DNA of 64,000 nucleotides from Escherichia coli (GCF_013122565.1 NZ_CP053258.1), one strand, 5' to 3'. Counted from the stretch's first letter, positions 1 to 14,706 are shown. The notes: generated by a model not told the origin, from the sequence alone. Numbers and translations are program-made.

Positions 1-1
1 G

Positions 2-1582
2 ATGTTCACCAACGACGCGGGAGAGTTCGCCCCGCTGGCGTTTATGAACGTGCTCTCGCAGGCACATATTGTGCAGGTGATCGTCAACTCTATCGTCTTA
101 TCGATAGCGGTGGGTATTGGCTGTACTTTCTTCAGTCTGGTGCTGGCGATTTATACCACACGCATCGCCAAACGCAGCGCCATTATTGGCCGCATCTTTT
201 CCATTCTGCCCATCGTTACGCCACCGTTTGTGGTCGGCTTAGGCGTGACGCTCATGATGGGGCGTTCCGGCTACGTCACGGAATTTATGGTGGAGTGGTT
301 TGGGCTGACCAACACCAACTGGCTGTATGGTTTTACCGGGATCTGGCTGGCGCAGGTTCTGGCATTCACGCCAATGGCTTTTATGATCCTCGACGGGGCC
401 ATTAAAACCATTCATCCCTCGCTGGAAGAAGCCTCCTACACCCTGCGCGCCAGCCGCTGGCAAACCTTTAACGGCGTGTTTGTGCCGTTGTTGAAGCCCG
501 CACTCGCCAATGCCTTTTTAATCGTCGTGGTACAGTCACTGGCTGATTTCAGTAACCCGCTGGTACTTGGCGGTAACTTCGACGTACTGGCGACGCAAAT
601 TTACTTCTATATTACCGGCTCGCAGCTGGATTATCAGGCCGCCAGCACCCTTGGCGCTTTCCTGCTGCTGTTCTCGCTGCTGGTGTTCTGCATCCAGTAT
701 ATGTGGATTGGTAAACGCTCTTACGTCACGGTTTCCGGCAAATCCTACCGTGGCGACGTCCAGCCGCTACCGGTCACCCTGGTGTGGAGCGTGGTCGCCA
801 TACTTGCGATATGGATTGCCTTTAACGCCCTGCTCTACGGCAGCATTTTCTACGGCAGCTTCACGGTGAACTGGGGCGTGGACTACACCCTGACGCTGGA
901 TAACTTTATCAAGCTATTTGGTCAGGGAATGAGCGACGGCGCGTGGCCTTCACTGCTGGATACCCTGCTCTACGCCGGGATTGCCGCTCCCATTACCGCT
1001 ATCTTTGGCCTGCTCATCGCCTGGGTGGTGGTGCGTCAACAATTCAAAGGCAAAAAGACCATCGAGTTCACCACCATGCTGTGCTTTGCCGTACCGGGTA
1101 CGGTGGCGGGCGTTTCGTATATTCTTGCCTTTAACAGCGCTCCGGTTTATCTCACCGGAACGGCGGCAATTGTGATTATCTCGATGGTGATGCGTAACGT
1201 TCCGGTGGGTATTCGCGCCGGGATTGCAGGCCTGGGGCAGATCGACAAATCGCTGGATGAAGCCTCACTCAGCCTGCGCGCGGGTTCCTTGCGAACCATA
1301 ACCCACATTTTACTGCCGCTGCTGCGTCCGGCCATTCTCTCGGCCCTGATCTACAGCTTTGTGCGGGCCATCACGACGGTCAGCGCCATCGTCTTTCTCG
1401 TCACGCCGGACACCCGCGTGGCAACCGCCTACATTCTTAACCGCGTTGAAGACGGCGAATATGGCGTAGCCATCGCCTATGGTTCGATTCTGATCGTGGT
1501 GATGCTGGCGATTATTTTCCTCTTTGACTGGCTGATCGGAGAAGCTCGTATCTCCCGTTCTAAAGCCAAAAACCAGGCGTAA
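2..1582 (+). CDS. ABC transporter permease, two-domain FbpB/AfuB-like (5' end truncated by window edge)
   Basis: 526-aa ORF open to window start; long polytopic hydrophobic protein with two repeated permease halves; stop codon overlaps the in-frame ATG of the next ORF. Confidence 0.8.
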   Translation: MFTNDAGEFAPLAFMNVLSQAHIVQVIVNSIVLSIAVGIGCTFFSLVLAIYTTRIAKRSAIIGRIFSILPIVTPPFVVGLGVTLMMGRSGYVTEFMVEWFGLTNTNWLYGFTGIWLAQVLAFTPMAFMILDGAIKTIHPSLEEASYTLRASRWQTFNGVFVPLLKPALANAFLIVVVQSLADFSNPLVLGGNFDVLATQIYFYITGSQLDYQAASTLGAFLLLFSLLVFCIQYMWIGKRSYVTVSGKSYRGDVQPLPVTLVWSVVAILAIWIAFNALLYGSIFYGSFTVNWGVDYTLTLDNFIKLFGQGMSDGAWPSLLDTLLYAGIAAPITAIFGLLIAWVVVRQQFKGKKTIEFTTMLCFAVPGTVAGVSYILAFNSAPVYLTGTAAIVIISMVMRNVPVGIRAGIAGLGQIDKSLDEASLSLRAGSLRTITHILLPLLRPAILSALIYSFVRAITTVSAIVFLVTPDTRVATAYILNRVEDGEYGVAIAYGSILIVVMLAIIFLFDWLIGEARISRSKAKNQA

Positions 1583-1593
1583 TGGAGCGCACT

Positions 1594-2640
1594 ATGAGTC
1601 AGAAAAATTTTGTTGAACTGCGCAACGTCACTAAACGATTCGGCAGTAATACGGTTATCGACAATATCAATCTCACCATTCCACAAGGGCAAATGGTGAC
1701 GCTGCTCGGTCCTTCCGGCTGTGGCAAAACCACCATTTTGCGTCTGGTTGCCGGGCTGGAAAAACCGAGCGAAGGGCAAATTTTTATTGATGGCGAAGAT
1801 GTCACGCATCGTTCCATTCAACAGCGCGATATCTGCATGGTGTTTCAGTCATACGCTCTGTTCCCGCATATGTCGCTGGGTGAAAACGTTGGCTACGGGC
1901 TGAAGATGCTTGGCGTCTCGCGTAGCGAAGTGAAACTGCGGGTGAAGGAGGCGCTGGCAATGGTGGATCTGGAAGGCTTCGAGGACCGCTATGTCGATCA
2001 GATTTCCGGTGGTCAGCAACAGCGAGTGGCACTGGCCCGCGCGTTGATCCTCAAGCCAAAGGTGCTGCTGTTTGATGAGCCGTTAAGTAACCTCGATGCC
2101 AACCTGCGCCGCAGTATGCGCGATAAGATCCGCGAGCTGCAAAAGCAGTTTAATATCACGTCGCTCTACGTCACTCACGATCAAAGTGAAGCTTTCGCGG
2201 TGTCCGACACTGTGCTGGTGATGAATAAAGGTCACATCATGCAGATTGGCTCACCGCAGGATCTCTATCGTCAGCCAGCCTCCCGCTTTATGGCAAGTTT
2301 TATGGGCGACGCCAACCTGTTCCCGGCGAACTTTAGCGAAGAGTATGTCGATATCTACGGTTATCGCCTGCCGCGCGCGGCGCATTTCCCGGCGCAAGGT
2401 AGCGGCACCGTCGGCGTTCGCCCGGAAGCCATCACCTTAAGCAATCACGGCGAAGAGAGTCAGCGTTGTGTTATTCGCCATGTCGCCTACATGGGGCCGC
2501 AGTACGAAGTGACCGTAGAGTGGCATGGACAGGAGATTTTATTACAAGTAAACGCCACCCGTTTACAGCCCGATATTGGTGAGCACTATTACCTCGAAAT
2601 CCATCCTTACGGGATGTTTGTTTTAGCGGATGCGGCATAA
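1594..2640 (+). CDS. ABC transporter ATP-binding protein (FbpC/AfuC-like, with C-terminal regulatory domain)
   Basis: Walker [13 protein letters not shown] signature LSGGQQQR, Walker [13 protein letters not shown]; GGAG 6 nt upstream of ATG 1594 (alternative ATG at 1582). Confidence 0.85.
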   Translation: MSQKNFVELRNVTKRFGSNTVIDNINLTIPQGQMVTLLGPSGCGKTTILRLVAGLEKPSEGQIFIDGEDVTHRSIQQRDICMVFQSYALFPHMSLGENVGYGLKMLGVSRSEVKLRVKEALAMVDLEGFEDRYVDQISGGQQQRVALARALILKPKVLLFDEPLSNLDANLRRSMRDKIRELQKQFNITSLYVTHDQSEAFAVSDTVLVMNKGHIMQIGSPQDLYRQPASRFMASFMGDANLFPANFSEEYVDIYGYRLPRAAHFPAQGSGTVGVRPEAITLSNHGEESQRCVIRHVAYMGPQYEVTVEWHGQEILLQVNATRLQPDIGEHYYLEIHPYGMFVLADAA

Positions 2641-2652
2641 AAATAGCACATA

Positions 2653-2682
2653 AACGGTCCCCATCTGTCTTGAGGGACCGTT
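2653..2682 (+). terminator. Stem-loop downstream of ABC ATPase (aacggtccc / gggaccgtt), no clear U-tract
   Basis: 9-bp perfect inverted repeat with 12-nt loop immediately after stop codon. Confidence 0.3.
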
Positions 2683-2722
2683 CACCTGGTTAGGCTTCGG
2701 ACAACAATTATTCTCCAGTGTT

Positions 2723-2775
2723 ATATACTATAGGGGGGTATGCATTGACATATAGCATACCCCCCTATAGTATAT
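2723..2775 (+). promoter_or_regulatory. frmR promoter/operator: long inverted repeat with G6/C6 tracts flanked by TATAGTAT arms
   Basis: atactatagggggg ... cccccctatagtat inverted repeat directly upstream of frmR start; matches the known type of FrmR/RcnR-family operator (G/C tract flanked by AT-rich arms). Confidence 0.6.
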
Positions 2776-2799
2776 TGCATGCAGATGATGAGGTGCGAA

Positions 2800-3075
2800 A
2801 TGCCCAGTACTCCGGAAGAGAAGAAAAAGGTCCTTACTCGAGTTCGTCGTATTCGAGGGCAGATTGATGCTCTGGAACGGTCGCTGGAGAGTGATGCCGA
2901 ATGCCGTGCCATACTCCAACAGATCGCTGCCGTTCGGGGCGCGGCTAATGGGCTGATGGCAGAAGTGCTTGAAAGCCATATCCGGGAAACGTTTGACCGA
3001 AATGACTGCTACAGCCGCGAAGTCAGCCAATCCGTTGACGACACTATTGAACTGGTTCGTGCCTATCTTAAATAG
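2800..3075 (+). CDS. frmR: Formaldehyde-responsive transcriptional repressor FrmR (RcnR/CsoR family)
   Basis: 91-aa product starting [21 protein letters not shown]; GAGG SD upstream; track ORF begins 21 nt earlier at an in-frame ATG. Confidence 0.9.
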   Translation: MPSTPEEKKKVLTRVRRIRGQIDALERSLESDAECRAILQQIAAVRGAANGLMAEVLESHIRETFDRNDCYSREVSQSVDDTIELVRAYLK

Positions 3076-3079
3076 CTGA

Positions 3080-4219
<1,140 letters not shown>

Positions 4220-4311
4220 TTTCCCGCTGGTTTACCCCGTCCACTTCAGACGGGGTTCTTAATACTCTCCCCGGGCAGCCGTCCGGGGGATTAACCGTGA
4301 GATAATGACTG

Positions 4312-5145
4312 ATGGAACTCATTGAAAAACATGCCAGCTTTGGCGGCTGGCAAAATGTGTATCGGCATTATTCCGCATCACTGAAATGTGAAATGAATGT
4401 CGGCGTCTATCTCCCACCAAAAGCTGCAGGTGAAAAATTACCTGTGCTGTACTGGCTTTCGGGCCTGACCTGCAATGAGCAGAATTTCATTACTAAATCG
4501 GGGATGCAGCGTTACGCGGCTGAGCACAACATTATTATTGTTGCGCCGGACACCAGTCCGCGAGGCAGTCATGTCGCAGATGCCGACCGTTACGATCTCG
4601 GGCAAGGTGCCGGGTTTTACCTGAACGCGACGCAAGCGCCGTGGAATGAACATTACAAAATGTATGACTATATCCGCAACGAGCTGCCGGATTTAGTGAT
4701 GCAACATTTTCCGGCAACGGCCAAAAAGTCTATCTCTGGTCATTCTATGGGCGGGCTGGGCGCGCTGGTGCTGGCGTTACGTAACCCAGATGAATATGTC
4801 AGCGTCTCGGCGTTTTCGCCCATTGTCTCCCCATCGCAAGTGCCGTGGGGACAGCAAGCCTTTGCTGCATATCTTGGTGAAAATAAAGAGGCCTGGTTGG
4901 ATTACGACCCGGTGAGTCTTATTTCACAAGGTCAACGCGTTGCGGAAATCATGGTTGATCAGGGGTTGAGTGATGATTTTTACGCGGAACAGCTGCGGAC
5001 TCAAAATCTTGAAAAGATCTGCCAGGAGATGAATATCAAGACGTTAATCCGTTATCACGAGGGTTACGACCACAGCTATTATTTTGTCTCCAGTTTTATT
5101 GGCGAGCATATTGCCTACCACGCCAATAAACTGAATATGCGTTGA
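4312..5145 (+). CDS. frmB: S-formylglutathione hydrolase
   Basis: 277 aa esterase D family, GHSMGG nucleophile elbow; follows frmA. Confidence 0.92.
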   Translation: MELIEKHASFGGWQNVYRHYSASLKCEMNVGVYLPPKAAGEKLPVLYWLSGLTCNEQNFITKSGMQRYAAEHNIIIVAPDTSPRGSHVADADRYDLGQGAGFYLNATQAPWNEHYKMYDYIRNELPDLVMQHFPATAKKSISGHSMGGLGALVLALRNPDEYVSVSAFSPIVSPSQVPWGQQAFAAYLGENKEAWLDYDPVSLISQGQRVAEIMVDQGLSDDFYAEQLRTQNLEKICQEMNIKTLIRYHEGYDHSYYFVSSFIGEHIAYHANKLNMR

Positions 5146-5154
5146 TAATAGTGC

Positions 5155-5260
5155 ACGACTGCCGGATGCGGCGTGAACGCCTTATCCGCCTACATTTCGC
5201 CCGCAGGCCGTAGGCATGATAAGACGCGCATAGCGTCGCATCAGGCATCTGCGCACGACT
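5155..5260. repeat. REP/BIME cluster (two inverted REP units)
   Basis: gccggatgcggcgtgaacgccttatccgcctac and gcctgatgcgacgctatgcgcgtcttatcatgcctac-type palindromic units between convergent frmB and yaiL. Confidence 0.8.
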
Positions 5261-5269
5261 TATCTATGT

Positions 5270-5809
5270 TTACCACATCAAATCATCAGGCACTTTGAAG
5301 TCGGCATACGGATCGTCTTCATCCTGCTCTTCGGCACTGAGCGCGCTGTGCAACACAATACTGCTGGCATCACGCTGAGCAATTTTATCGGCAACGCTGG
5401 CGGGAATAATGGCGTATTCACCTTCGCTATTGTTATCGACCAACAAGCGGGCAATCGCCAGACGACCATTAATCAACTGCGCCTGTGTGAGCTTATCGAC
5501 AAAAATCTTCTTAATCAGATTGCCGTCAGTGAAGTTAAAACCAATATCGCCATTGGCAATGGTGATTCGGTTCATTTCAATGAGCTGCTTCACCTGGGCT
5601 TTATATTCTTTCGCCAACGCCGCTTGTTTTTGCTGTTCGCTAAGCTGTTTATCACGCTCAAGCTGTGCCTTTTTATTTTCTTCTACCGCCGCCCGAGCTT
5701 CACGCGCCTGAACGCGCGATTTTTTCGCCGTTCTCTCGACCTTCGCCGCTTTTTTGCTGGTGACTAATCCTGCTTTGAGCAACTGCTCTTGTAAGGTAAG
5801 TTTTGCCAT
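5270..5809 (-). CDS. yaiL: DUF2058 family protein YaiL
   Basis: 179-aa product from MAKLTLQEQLLKAGLV; highly charged K/E/A-rich middle region; track ORF extended upstream to 5926. Confidence 0.8.
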   Translation of the reverse strand: MAKLTLQEQLLKAGLVTSKKAAKVERTAKKSRVQAREARAAVEENKKAQLERDKQLSEQQKQAALAKEYKAQVKQLIEMNRITIANGDIGFNFTDGNLIKKIFVDKLTQAQLINGRLAIARLLVDNNSEGEYAIIPASVADKIAQRDASSIVLHSALSAEEQDEDDPYADFKVPDDLMW

Positions 5810-5910
5810 CTTTGTTTCCAAACCCGCTGAATAATTTTTAGCGAGTATACCTGTAAACGCCGTGGGTGTATTGGGGGCAAGTCCCTTTCGCCCCTGCTTA
5901 ATAAGGCGCG

Positions 5911-7122
5911 TCAGGCATCGGCACACGGCTGCATTCTTGATCTCCGACTCATCAAAATAAACACCGCCAACCCAGCAACAAGAATACCCGGTGCAGAAGC
6001 GGCCATTACGCCGACCGTGCCAGTGCCTAATGCCAGCATTTTCCCGGCCAGTAACGGACCGCTCATAGCCCCCAGACGCCCTACCGCCACGGCTGTTCCC
6101 ACACCTGTTGCGCGGATCTGCGAACTGTAAAACAACGGTGCCAGGGCATACAAAACGCTTTGCCCACCTGTCGCAAACAACCCCGCGACAAATCCCGCCA
6201 GCAACATACCGTTAAATGACGACACCGTTCCAAGCGCCAGCAGCGAAGCTAACATGCCGCTATAAATCAGTAGCGACATGGTTACTGGACGCAGCTTATC
6301 CATCAATGCGCCCAACATTAACGTCCCGCTCGCCGCACCCATTTGCAGTGCAAACATCACCCCTGCCGCCTGCGATGGCTGGAATCCTTGCTCCACCAAA
6401 AGCAGCGGTAGCCAGTTGATCAACATGTAAACCACCAGCAGAGTGAAGAAATAACACAGCCACAGCAGCAGCGTCGCGGTTGCCGTTTCTGGCGCAAATA
6501 ACGCACGCAGTGGTGGCGCAGCCTGTTTTTCGCCAGCGAAAACCGCCGACTCCGGCAGCCAGCGCATTAATAGCGGCACCAGAATCAACGGCACCACACC
6601 ACCTACCCAAAACACCGTTTGCCATGCTAAATTTGCCCCCGCGAAACCCAGTGTCGCCGCCAGCGCCGCGCCAATGGGAACACCGCAATACATCAGGCTC
6701 ACTGCCGTCCCACGAAAACGTGGACCCGCGGCTTCAGACGTCAGGGCGATAAGATTCGGCAACGCCGCCCCCAGCCCGACACCGGTCATCAGCCGCGCAA
6801 AGACCAGTGAGGGGAAATCCCAGGCAATCGCCGTTGCCAGTGAGAACAAACCAAACAGCGCAACTGAGCCAATCAAAATGCGCTTGCGACCATAACGGTC
6901 CGCCAGCATTCCACCAACCAACGCGCCGGGTAGCAAACCGAGTATTCCGGCGCTGAATATCCAACCCATTTGCATTTTATCGAGTGCGAAAGCCTGAGCG
7001 ATGCCACCCGCCGCAATGCCAGCCGCCTGAAGATCCAGCCCTTCCATCAGAGCGACCAAAAAACAAAGCCCGATGGTCAGCATCAGGCGGGTTGAAGATG
7101 ATGAAGGGGTACGAGTCGACAT
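5911..7122 (-). CDS. mhpT: 3-(3-hydroxyphenyl)propionate MFS transporter
   Basis: 403 aa from MSTRTPSSSSTRLMLTIG; 12-TM MFS; downstream of mhp operon. Confidence 0.88.
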   Translation of the reverse strand: MSTRTPSSSSTRLMLTIGLCFLVALMEGLDLQAAGIAAGGIAQAFALDKMQMGWIFSAGILGLLPGALVGGMLADRYGRKRILIGSVALFGLFSLATAIAWDFPSLVFARLMTGVGLGAALPNLIALTSEAAGPRFRGTAVSLMYCGVPIGAALAATLGFAGANLAWQTVFWVGGVVPLILVPLLMRWLPESAVFAGEKQAAPPLRALFAPETATATLLLWLCYFFTLLVVYMLINWLPLLLVEQGFQPSQAAGVMFALQMGAASGTLMLGALMDKLRPVTMSLLIYSGMLASLLALGTVSSFNGMLLAGFVAGLFATGGQSVLYALAPLFYSSQIRATGVGTAVAVGRLGAMSGPLLAGKMLALGTGTVGVMAASAPGILVAGLAVFILMSRRSRMQPCADA

Positions 7123-7200
7123 AAGATGAACCTCGTTGCGAGTACAGGTGAATCGCGGCTGATACATTGTCAGCCGCGTAATCAGAACCATTTAATGACT

Positions 7201-7257
<57 letters not shown>

Positions 7258-7297
7258 TGGGATGGGCATACAAAATGCACGTTCTCGGCAGTCATCA

Positions 7298-8307
7298 TTA
7301 TTTGTTGTTGCGCAGATCCAGCGCCACGTCGACGATCATATCCTCCTGGCCGCCAACCATCCGGCGTTTGCCCAGCTCAACGAGAATATCCACCGCGCTT
7401 AAGCCATAACGCGCCGCCGCCGTTTCACAGTGACGCAGGAAGCTCGAGTAAACACCAGCGTATCCCAGCGCCAGCGTTTCGCGATCGACTCGTACCGGTC
7501 GATCCTGCAACGGACGCACCAGGTCGTCAGCGGCATCCATTAACGCATAGAGATCGGCCCCATGCTGCCAACCCAGTTTATCCGCGGCGGCAATAAATAC
7601 TTCCAGCGGCGCGTTACCTGCGCCCGCTCCCATTCCCGCGAGGCTGGCGTCGATTCGGTCGCAGCCCTCTTCCACCGCCGCGATAGAGTTCGCCACGCCA
7701 AGACTCAGGTTATGGTGAGCGTGCATGCCGGTTTGCGTTTCTGGTTTCAGCACTGCTTTCAGGGCGCGGAAACGGTCACGGATATCGCTCATGTTCATCG
7801 CACCGCCAGAATCCACCACATAAATGCAGGTCGCACCGTAGCCTTCCATCAGCTTTGCCTGCTTTGCGAGATTCTCTGGCGTGGTCATATGACTCATCAT
7901 CAGAAAACCAACGGTGTCCATTCCGAGCTCGCGGGCATACTGAATATGCTGGGCGGAAACATCAGCTTCGGTACAGTGCGTTGCCACACGAACCACCCGC
8001 GCGCCAGCCTGCCAGGCATTTTTCAGATCGTGAATAGTGCCGATTCCTGGCAGCAACAACGTCGCGATTTTGGCGTGCTTCACCACATCCGCCGCCGCTT
8101 CAATCCATTCAAGGTCGCTATGTGCGCCGAAACCATAGTTAAAGCTGGAACCCTGCAAACCGTCGCCATGGGCCACTTCAATCGAATCCACGCGGGCATC
8201 GTCCAGTGCTTTGGCAATCTGGCGAACGTTTTCCAGCGAATACTGATGACGAATGGCGTGCATACCGTCACGCAACGTGACGTCCGAGATATAAAGTTTT
8301 TTACCGT

Positions 8308-8311
<4 letters not shown>
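7298..8311 (-). CDS. mhpE: 4-hydroxy-2-oxovalerate aldolase
   Basis: 337 aa, [20 protein letters not shown]-terminus (HMGL-like aldolase). Confidence 0.93.
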
Positions 8312-10073
<1,762 letters not shown>

Positions 10074-10940
10074 TTAAGCACGTGCGAGGAAATTCAGCAC
10101 CAGTTGATTGAAAGCGTCGGCATGTTCCCACTGCGCCCAGTGACCACAGTCGCGGAAGATATGCAGTTCAGAACCGGCAATGCCGGCCAGCAGACGCAGA
10201 CCCGCATCCATCGGCACAAAGCGGTCGTTGCGCCCCCAGACAATCAGGGTTTGCGCTTTGATTTCCGCCAGACGTGGGCCAAAATCCGGGAACTGTTTCG
10301 GATTAGCTTCCAGGCTCTTAACGAAATTTTCCAGGTGATCGCGGCGCGACAGCATATTATTCAGGCGCGCTTCAAACAGGGCGTCGGTCAAATCGCTGGT
10401 ATCAAAAACGAAGATATCCATCATCAGCTTCAGGTTTTCGATAGTCGGCTGACGATACAGCTGATTCAGTCGCTTAATACCTTCGGTTGGCATCGGCGTA
10501 AACAAACTCATGCCGCCCGTACCGCCGCCCATCAGCACCAGTTTGCCGACGCGCTCCGGCCAGTTAAGGGTGAACGCCACAGAACTATGGCCACCCATCG
10601 AGTTGCCCAGCAGGTGGATTTTGGCGATATCCAGTTGATCCACCACGCTTTTCAGGATTCGTGCATTAAGATCCGATCGCGAACCACTATTAACGATCGA
10701 ATCACTCTTGCCCCAACCCGGACAATCCAGCAGGATCACCCGATAGCCCGCCTCTACCAGCGGATCGATATTGCGGCTGAAGTTCGCCCAGCCAGTAGCA
10801 CCCGGGCCGGAACCGTGCAGCAGGACAACGGTTTCGTCGCCTTGTCCGCAGTCATTAAAATGGATGCGCAGCGTTTTACCCGCTTCTTCTACATTCAGAA
10901 AACGGCTGGTGGCGGCTTCGGTTTGTGGCTGATAACTCAT
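10074..10940 (-). CDS. mhpC: 2-hydroxy-6-ketonona-2,4-dienedioate hydrolase (alpha/beta hydrolase)
   Basis: 288 aa from [14 protein letters not shown]; GNSMGG nucleophile motif; track ORF extends 21 codons upstream. Confidence 0.9.
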   Translation of the reverse strand: MSYQPQTEAATSRFLNVEEAGKTLRIHFNDCGQGDETVVLLHGSGPGATGWANFSRNIDPLVEAGYRVILLDCPGWGKSDSIVNSGSRSDLNARILKSVVDQLDIAKIHLLGNSMGGHSSVAFTLNWPERVGKLVLMGGGTGGMSLFTPMPTEGIKRLNQLYRQPTIENLKLMMDIFVFDTSDLTDALFEARLNNMLSRRDHLENFVKSLEANPKQFPDFGPRLAEIKAQTLIVWGRNDRFVPMDAGLRLLAGIAGSELHIFRDCGHWAQWEHADAFNQLVLNFLARA

Positions 10941-10957
10941 CATCTTCTCCTGCATAT

Positions 10958-11902
10958 TCAGTTCTCTGTTCTGGCGCTTAACGAGCCAAATCCGGCAATC
11001 CACTCCGGGATTGGGCGGTAATAACGCCCTTCGCTACGCCAGTTGCCAAATGCAGAAATAGCGGCAAAAGCGGCGACCCAGGTTTTGATTTCATGTGTCG
11101 ACTTTCCGGCAATGGCGGAAAGCTCTTCGTTACTGACGGCATCCAGTTCCTGTATGCGTCCCTGCTCCAGCAAAGTCATGAACTGGTTATCCCAAATCGG
11201 GTTGAGCGGATGCAGAGTTCTCTGATCCTCAACAAACTTCTCAGCGGCGCTAATCACCCTTTGCTGACGCAATTCGCGCTCACTGGCGGGTAAATCTTTC
11301 CCGCTCCCCAACAGACGGTCGCGCATATGGGCATCGGCTTTCGCCAGTTCGGGCACCGGCGGCTGATGGGAAAGCCCACCGGAACCCAGGAACAGCACGC
11401 GTTTATTGAGAGTGCTGGTGAAACGTCCAATGGCTTCACCCAACATGCGGGTACGCTGGAAACCGGGCAGCGGCGTGGCGACACCGTTGATGAACACAGG
11501 CAGAACTGGCACCTTATCCAGCCCACCGAGCAGGAACTCCAGCGGCTGGGCGAACCCGTGGTCCACCTGCATACAGTAAGAAACGGCAAGATCGATCCCG
11601 CTCTTCATGACGGCATGCGCACAGGCCTCCGCCAACTCCACAGGCACTGGCAGCTCTCCTGCCGCACTACCGAAATCACCAATTGCCGTCGCTCCAACGC
11701 CTAAACAGAACGGTGGCATCACGTCATAGAAAAAGCCGTTGTAGTGATCTGGCGCAAACAGCACCACCAGTTCAGGGGAGAAAGCCGCAATACGCTCGCG
11801 GGCGCTGGCAATCACGCCATCGACCTCATCGAGCACCTCTTGCGCCGGGTCGACATACCCCACCAGCGGCGAGTGGGAAAGACAGTGAAGATAAGCGTGC
11901 AT
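10958..11902 (-). CDS. mhpB: 3-(2,3-dihydroxyphenyl)propionate 1,2-dioxygenase (extradiol)
   Basis: 314 aa LigB-type extradiol dioxygenase. Confidence 0.9.
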   Translation of the reverse strand: MHAYLHCLSHSPLVGYVDPAQEVLDEVDGVIASARERIAAFSPELVVLFAPDHYNGFFYDVMPPFCLGVGATAIGDFGSAAGELPVPVELAEACAHAVMKSGIDLAVSYCMQVDHGFAQPLEFLLGGLDKVPVLPVFINGVATPLPGFQRTRMLGEAIGRFTSTLNKRVLFLGSGGLSHQPPVPELAKADAHMRDRLLGSGKDLPASERELRQQRVISAAEKFVEDQRTLHPLNPIWDNQFMTLLEQGRIQELDAVSNEELSAIAGKSTHEIKTWVAAFAAISAFGNWRSEGRYYRPIPEWIAGFGSLSARTEN

Positions 11903-11903
11903 A

Positions 11904-13568
11904 TCAGGCTACCTTTTCGACAGAAACGTCGGCATCAGGGCGGGTCAGCGTCATCACCGACGCCAGTTTATTCAGGGTCTTGCCCAGGGTTTGCGGAATG
12001 GCGGTGGCGGCAACAAAGCGATCCGGGCGCATCACCACCAGCGAAGCATTGTGTTGCGCGAACCAGCTACGCAGGCGACCTTGCGTATCCCCCACGCGTA
12101 GTACGCCGTCGTGGTTATCCTGTGCGGTATGAATTTGCACTTCCGGCACCACCTGAATGAAGCGTGTGCCCAACGCGCGCCACTGCTGGATTTGCTCGTC
12201 GCTCATCCCCCACAGTGGATTGCATCCCCAGCCAATTACCGCGAAGTTCGCGCCGATCGCGTTATCGAGTAGCGTCACGTCGCCGTTTTCCAGCGTGACT
12301 TTCGGCTGAATAAACATCTTGCCGACCGGAGAGTGCTTCGCCTCGCCCTCACGCACCAGCGCACCGCCGTAATATTGCGGCATCGGCTTGAAGCGCATTT
12401 CGAGGAAGTAGCGTTTTACTGGCGGCAGATAATTCAGCAGCCAGGAAACGCCGTCACGTAACGTACCCTGCCAGCGTTTCGGCGGAGCCAGCACGTTGCC
12501 CGCCGTCACGGACAGGTCAATCATCGCTTTGGCGTGATCGCGACGTTCTTGTTGATAGGTATCGAGCAGCGCATCGCGGGCTTTCCCCTGGATAACCAAC
12601 GCCAGTTTCCATGCGAGGTTAAAGGCGTCGCGCATACCACTGTTATAGCCCTGCCCCTGCCATACCGGCATGATGTGCGCGGCATCGCCCGCCAGCAGTA
12701 CGCGATCAATACGGAAACGTTGCGCCAGTCGCGCGTTGTGGGTGTAGACACGCTGGCGAATCAATTCAACATTGTCCGGATTAGGCAGCACTTTGCTTAA
12801 CAGCTTGCGCATATTTTGCGGCTCACGCAGCTGTTCTTCGGTTTCTCCCGGCATCACCATGAATTCAAAGCGACGTACCGCATGAGGCAACGCGGCAGAA
12901 ACATACGGGCGCACCGGATCGCAGCACAAATAGATATGCGGCGTACTTAATGGATCGTTGGCGATATCTACCACAATCCACTGATTTGGTGCAGTTTTAC
13001 CTTCAAACGGCACATTCAGGGTGCGACGGACAAAACTTGCCCCACCATCACAGGCCACCAGCCACTGGGCTTTGACTATTTCCCGCTGCCCTTCTGCCGT
13101 TTTCAGGTGCAAGGTCACTTCGTCATCTTGCTGACTGAAGACCTCCAGCTCGCGGGAAAACAAGCAGCGCACATTCGGAAAACGCGACACCCCTTCCAGC
13201 ATCACCGCATCGACCTGCGGCTGAATAAAGGCGTTACGGCGCGGCCAGCCAAATTCATCGGTCATTGGCTGAATATCAGCAAAACAGCGGCCCTTCGGGG
13301 TGAGAAAACGCATCGCGTGCCACGGCGTAGTATGCGGCAGAACATTATCGACCAGGCCGACCGACTGCATGGTGCGCAGCGCCTCGTCATCAATACCAAT
13401 CGCACGCGGGTAGTCGATCAACTTATCGAGTTTCTCCACCACCAGCACGTCAATGCCCATCTGGCCGAGATAGTTCGCCATCATCAGCCCGACCGGACCG
13501 GCACCAGCGATCGCCACCTGAACGCTATGGTTAACAGCAGGCTGGATGTCAGGGTGTTGTATTGCCAT
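11904..13568 (-). CDS. mhpA: 3-(3-hydroxyphenyl)propionate hydroxylase (FAD monooxygenase)
   Basis: 554 aa, N-terminal FAD fold [18 protein letters not shown]. Confidence 0.92.
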   Translation of the reverse strand: MAIQHPDIQPAVNHSVQVAIAGAGPVGLMMANYLGQMGIDVLVVEKLDKLIDYPRAIGIDDEALRTMQSVGLVDNVLPHTTPWHAMRFLTPKGRCFADIQPMTDEFGWPRRNAFIQPQVDAVMLEGVSRFPNVRCLFSRELEVFSQQDDEVTLHLKTAEGQREIVKAQWLVACDGGASFVRRTLNVPFEGKTAPNQWIVVDIANDPLSTPHIYLCCDPVRPYVSAALPHAVRRFEFMVMPGETEEQLREPQNMRKLLSKVLPNPDNVELIRQRVYTHNARLAQRFRIDRVLLAGDAAHIMPVWQGQGYNSGMRDAFNLAWKLALVIQGKARDALLDTYQQERRDHAKAMIDLSVTAGNVLAPPKRWQGTLRDGVSWLLNYLPPVKRYFLEMRFKPMPQYYGGALVREGEAKHSPVGKMFIQPKVTLENGDVTLLDNAIGANFAVIGWGCNPLWGMSDEQIQQWRALGTRFIQVVPEVQIHTAQDNHDGVLRVGDTQGRLRSWFAQHNASLVVMRPDRFVAATAIPQTLGKTLNKLASVMTLTRPDADVSVEKVA

Positions 13569-13709
13569 TTCAGTACCTCACGACTCGGACAAAATGCCGT
13601 TGCGCGCACAGTACAGCGCAACTTACTTTGTTAAAAACATGTAAATGATTTTTTATTGTGCGCTCAGTATAGGAAGGGTGTTTTCGGCTACAATCAAAAC
13701 ATGCCCGAA

Positions 13710-13726
13710 TGTGCACCAGGTGCACA
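13710..13726. promoter_or_regulatory. 17-bp perfect palindrome tgtgcaccaggtgcaca in the mhpR-mhpA divergent control region (candidate MhpR operator / CRP-like site)
   Basis: Perfect dyad symmetry located between divergent mhpA and mhpR starts. Confidence 0.55.
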
Positions 13727-13758
13727 ACGTTGTTTTAACTATAGAAATGTCAATTAAT

Positions 13759-14592
13759 ATGCAGAACAATGAGCAGACGGAATACAAAACCGTGCGCGGC
13801 TTAACCCGCGGTCTAATGTTATTAAATATGTTAAATAAACTTGACGGCGGTGCCAGCGTCGGGCTGCTGGCGGAACTCAGCGGCCTGCATCGCACCACTG
13901 TGCGGCGACTGCTGGAGACGCTGCAGGAAGAGGGATATGTCCGGCGTAGTCCCTCCGATGATAGTTTTCGTCTGACCATCAAAGTGCGGCAATTAAGCGA
14001 AGGATTTCGTGACGAACAGTGGATTTCTGCACTGGCGGCCCCACTGCTGGGCGATCTGTTACGCGAAGTGGTATGGCCGACAGATGTGTCCACGCTGGAT
14101 GTTGATGCAATGGTGGTACGCGAAACCACTCACCGTTTCAGCCGCTTATCCTTTCACCGGGCAATGGTCGGGCGACGTTTGCCGCTTCTGAAAACCGCCT
14201 CGGGCCTGACCTGGTTGGCCTTTTGCCCGGAACAAGAACGCAAGGAATTAATCGAGATGTTAGCCTCCCGCCCCGGTGATGACTATCAACTGGCACGAGA
14301 ACCGTTAAAGCTGGAAGCCATTCTGGCGCGCGCGCGCAAAGAGGGTTACGGACAGAACTACCGCGGCTGGGATCAGGAGGAGAAGATCGCCTCTATCGCC
14401 GTACCGCTGCGCAGTGAACAACGGGTGATTGGCTGTTTGAATCTGGTGTATATGGCGAGCGCAATGACCATCGAACAGGCAGCGGAAAAGCATCTTCCGG
14501 CACTACAACGGGTAGCAAAACAGATCGAAGAAGGGGTTGAATCGCAGGCTATTCTGGTGGCCGGACGGCGAAGCGGCGTGCATTTACGCTAG
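13759..14592 (+). CDS. mhpR: IclR-family transcriptional activator of the mhp operon
   Basis: 277 aa from MQNNEQTEYKTVRGLTRGL; IclR HTH plus effector domain; divergent from mhpA. Confidence 0.9.
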   Translation: MQNNEQTEYKTVRGLTRGLMLLNMLNKLDGGASVGLLAELSGLHRTTVRRLLETLQEEGYVRRSPSDDSFRLTIKVRQLSEGFRDEQWISALAAPLLGDLLREVVWPTDVSTLDVDAMVVRETTHRFSRLSFHRAMVGRRLPLLKTASGLTWLAFCPEQERKELIEMLASRPGDDYQLAREPLKLEAILARARKEGYGQNYRGWDQEEKIASIAVPLRSEQRVIGCLNLVYMASAMTIEQAAEKHLPALQRVAKQIEEGVESQAILVAGRRSGVHLR

Positions 14593-14706
14593 TTACGCCA
14601 ATGTGTAATTTGGCCCATTCTCATCGTTATTCGCCCATTTGCCCACATGCACAGTACGGGCTGCACGCTACGCTAATGACATCAATACTGTGATGTGGAG
14701 CAAATC

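Noticed and set aside
5155-5260. Repeated palindromic units here and at 7201-7257, 33088-33165 and 37790-37885, considered as a possible CRISPR array or mobile element ends
   Set aside because: They are classical REP/BIME units (gccggatgcggcg... type), individually placed in intergenic spacers, with no regular repeat-spacer periodicity and no cas genes.
14593-14706. Search for lacI/lacZ remnants or lac operator at the mhpR boundary
   Set aside because: The 114-bp spacer and the island contain nothing resembling lacI, lacZ, lacY, lacA or the lac operator palindrome.
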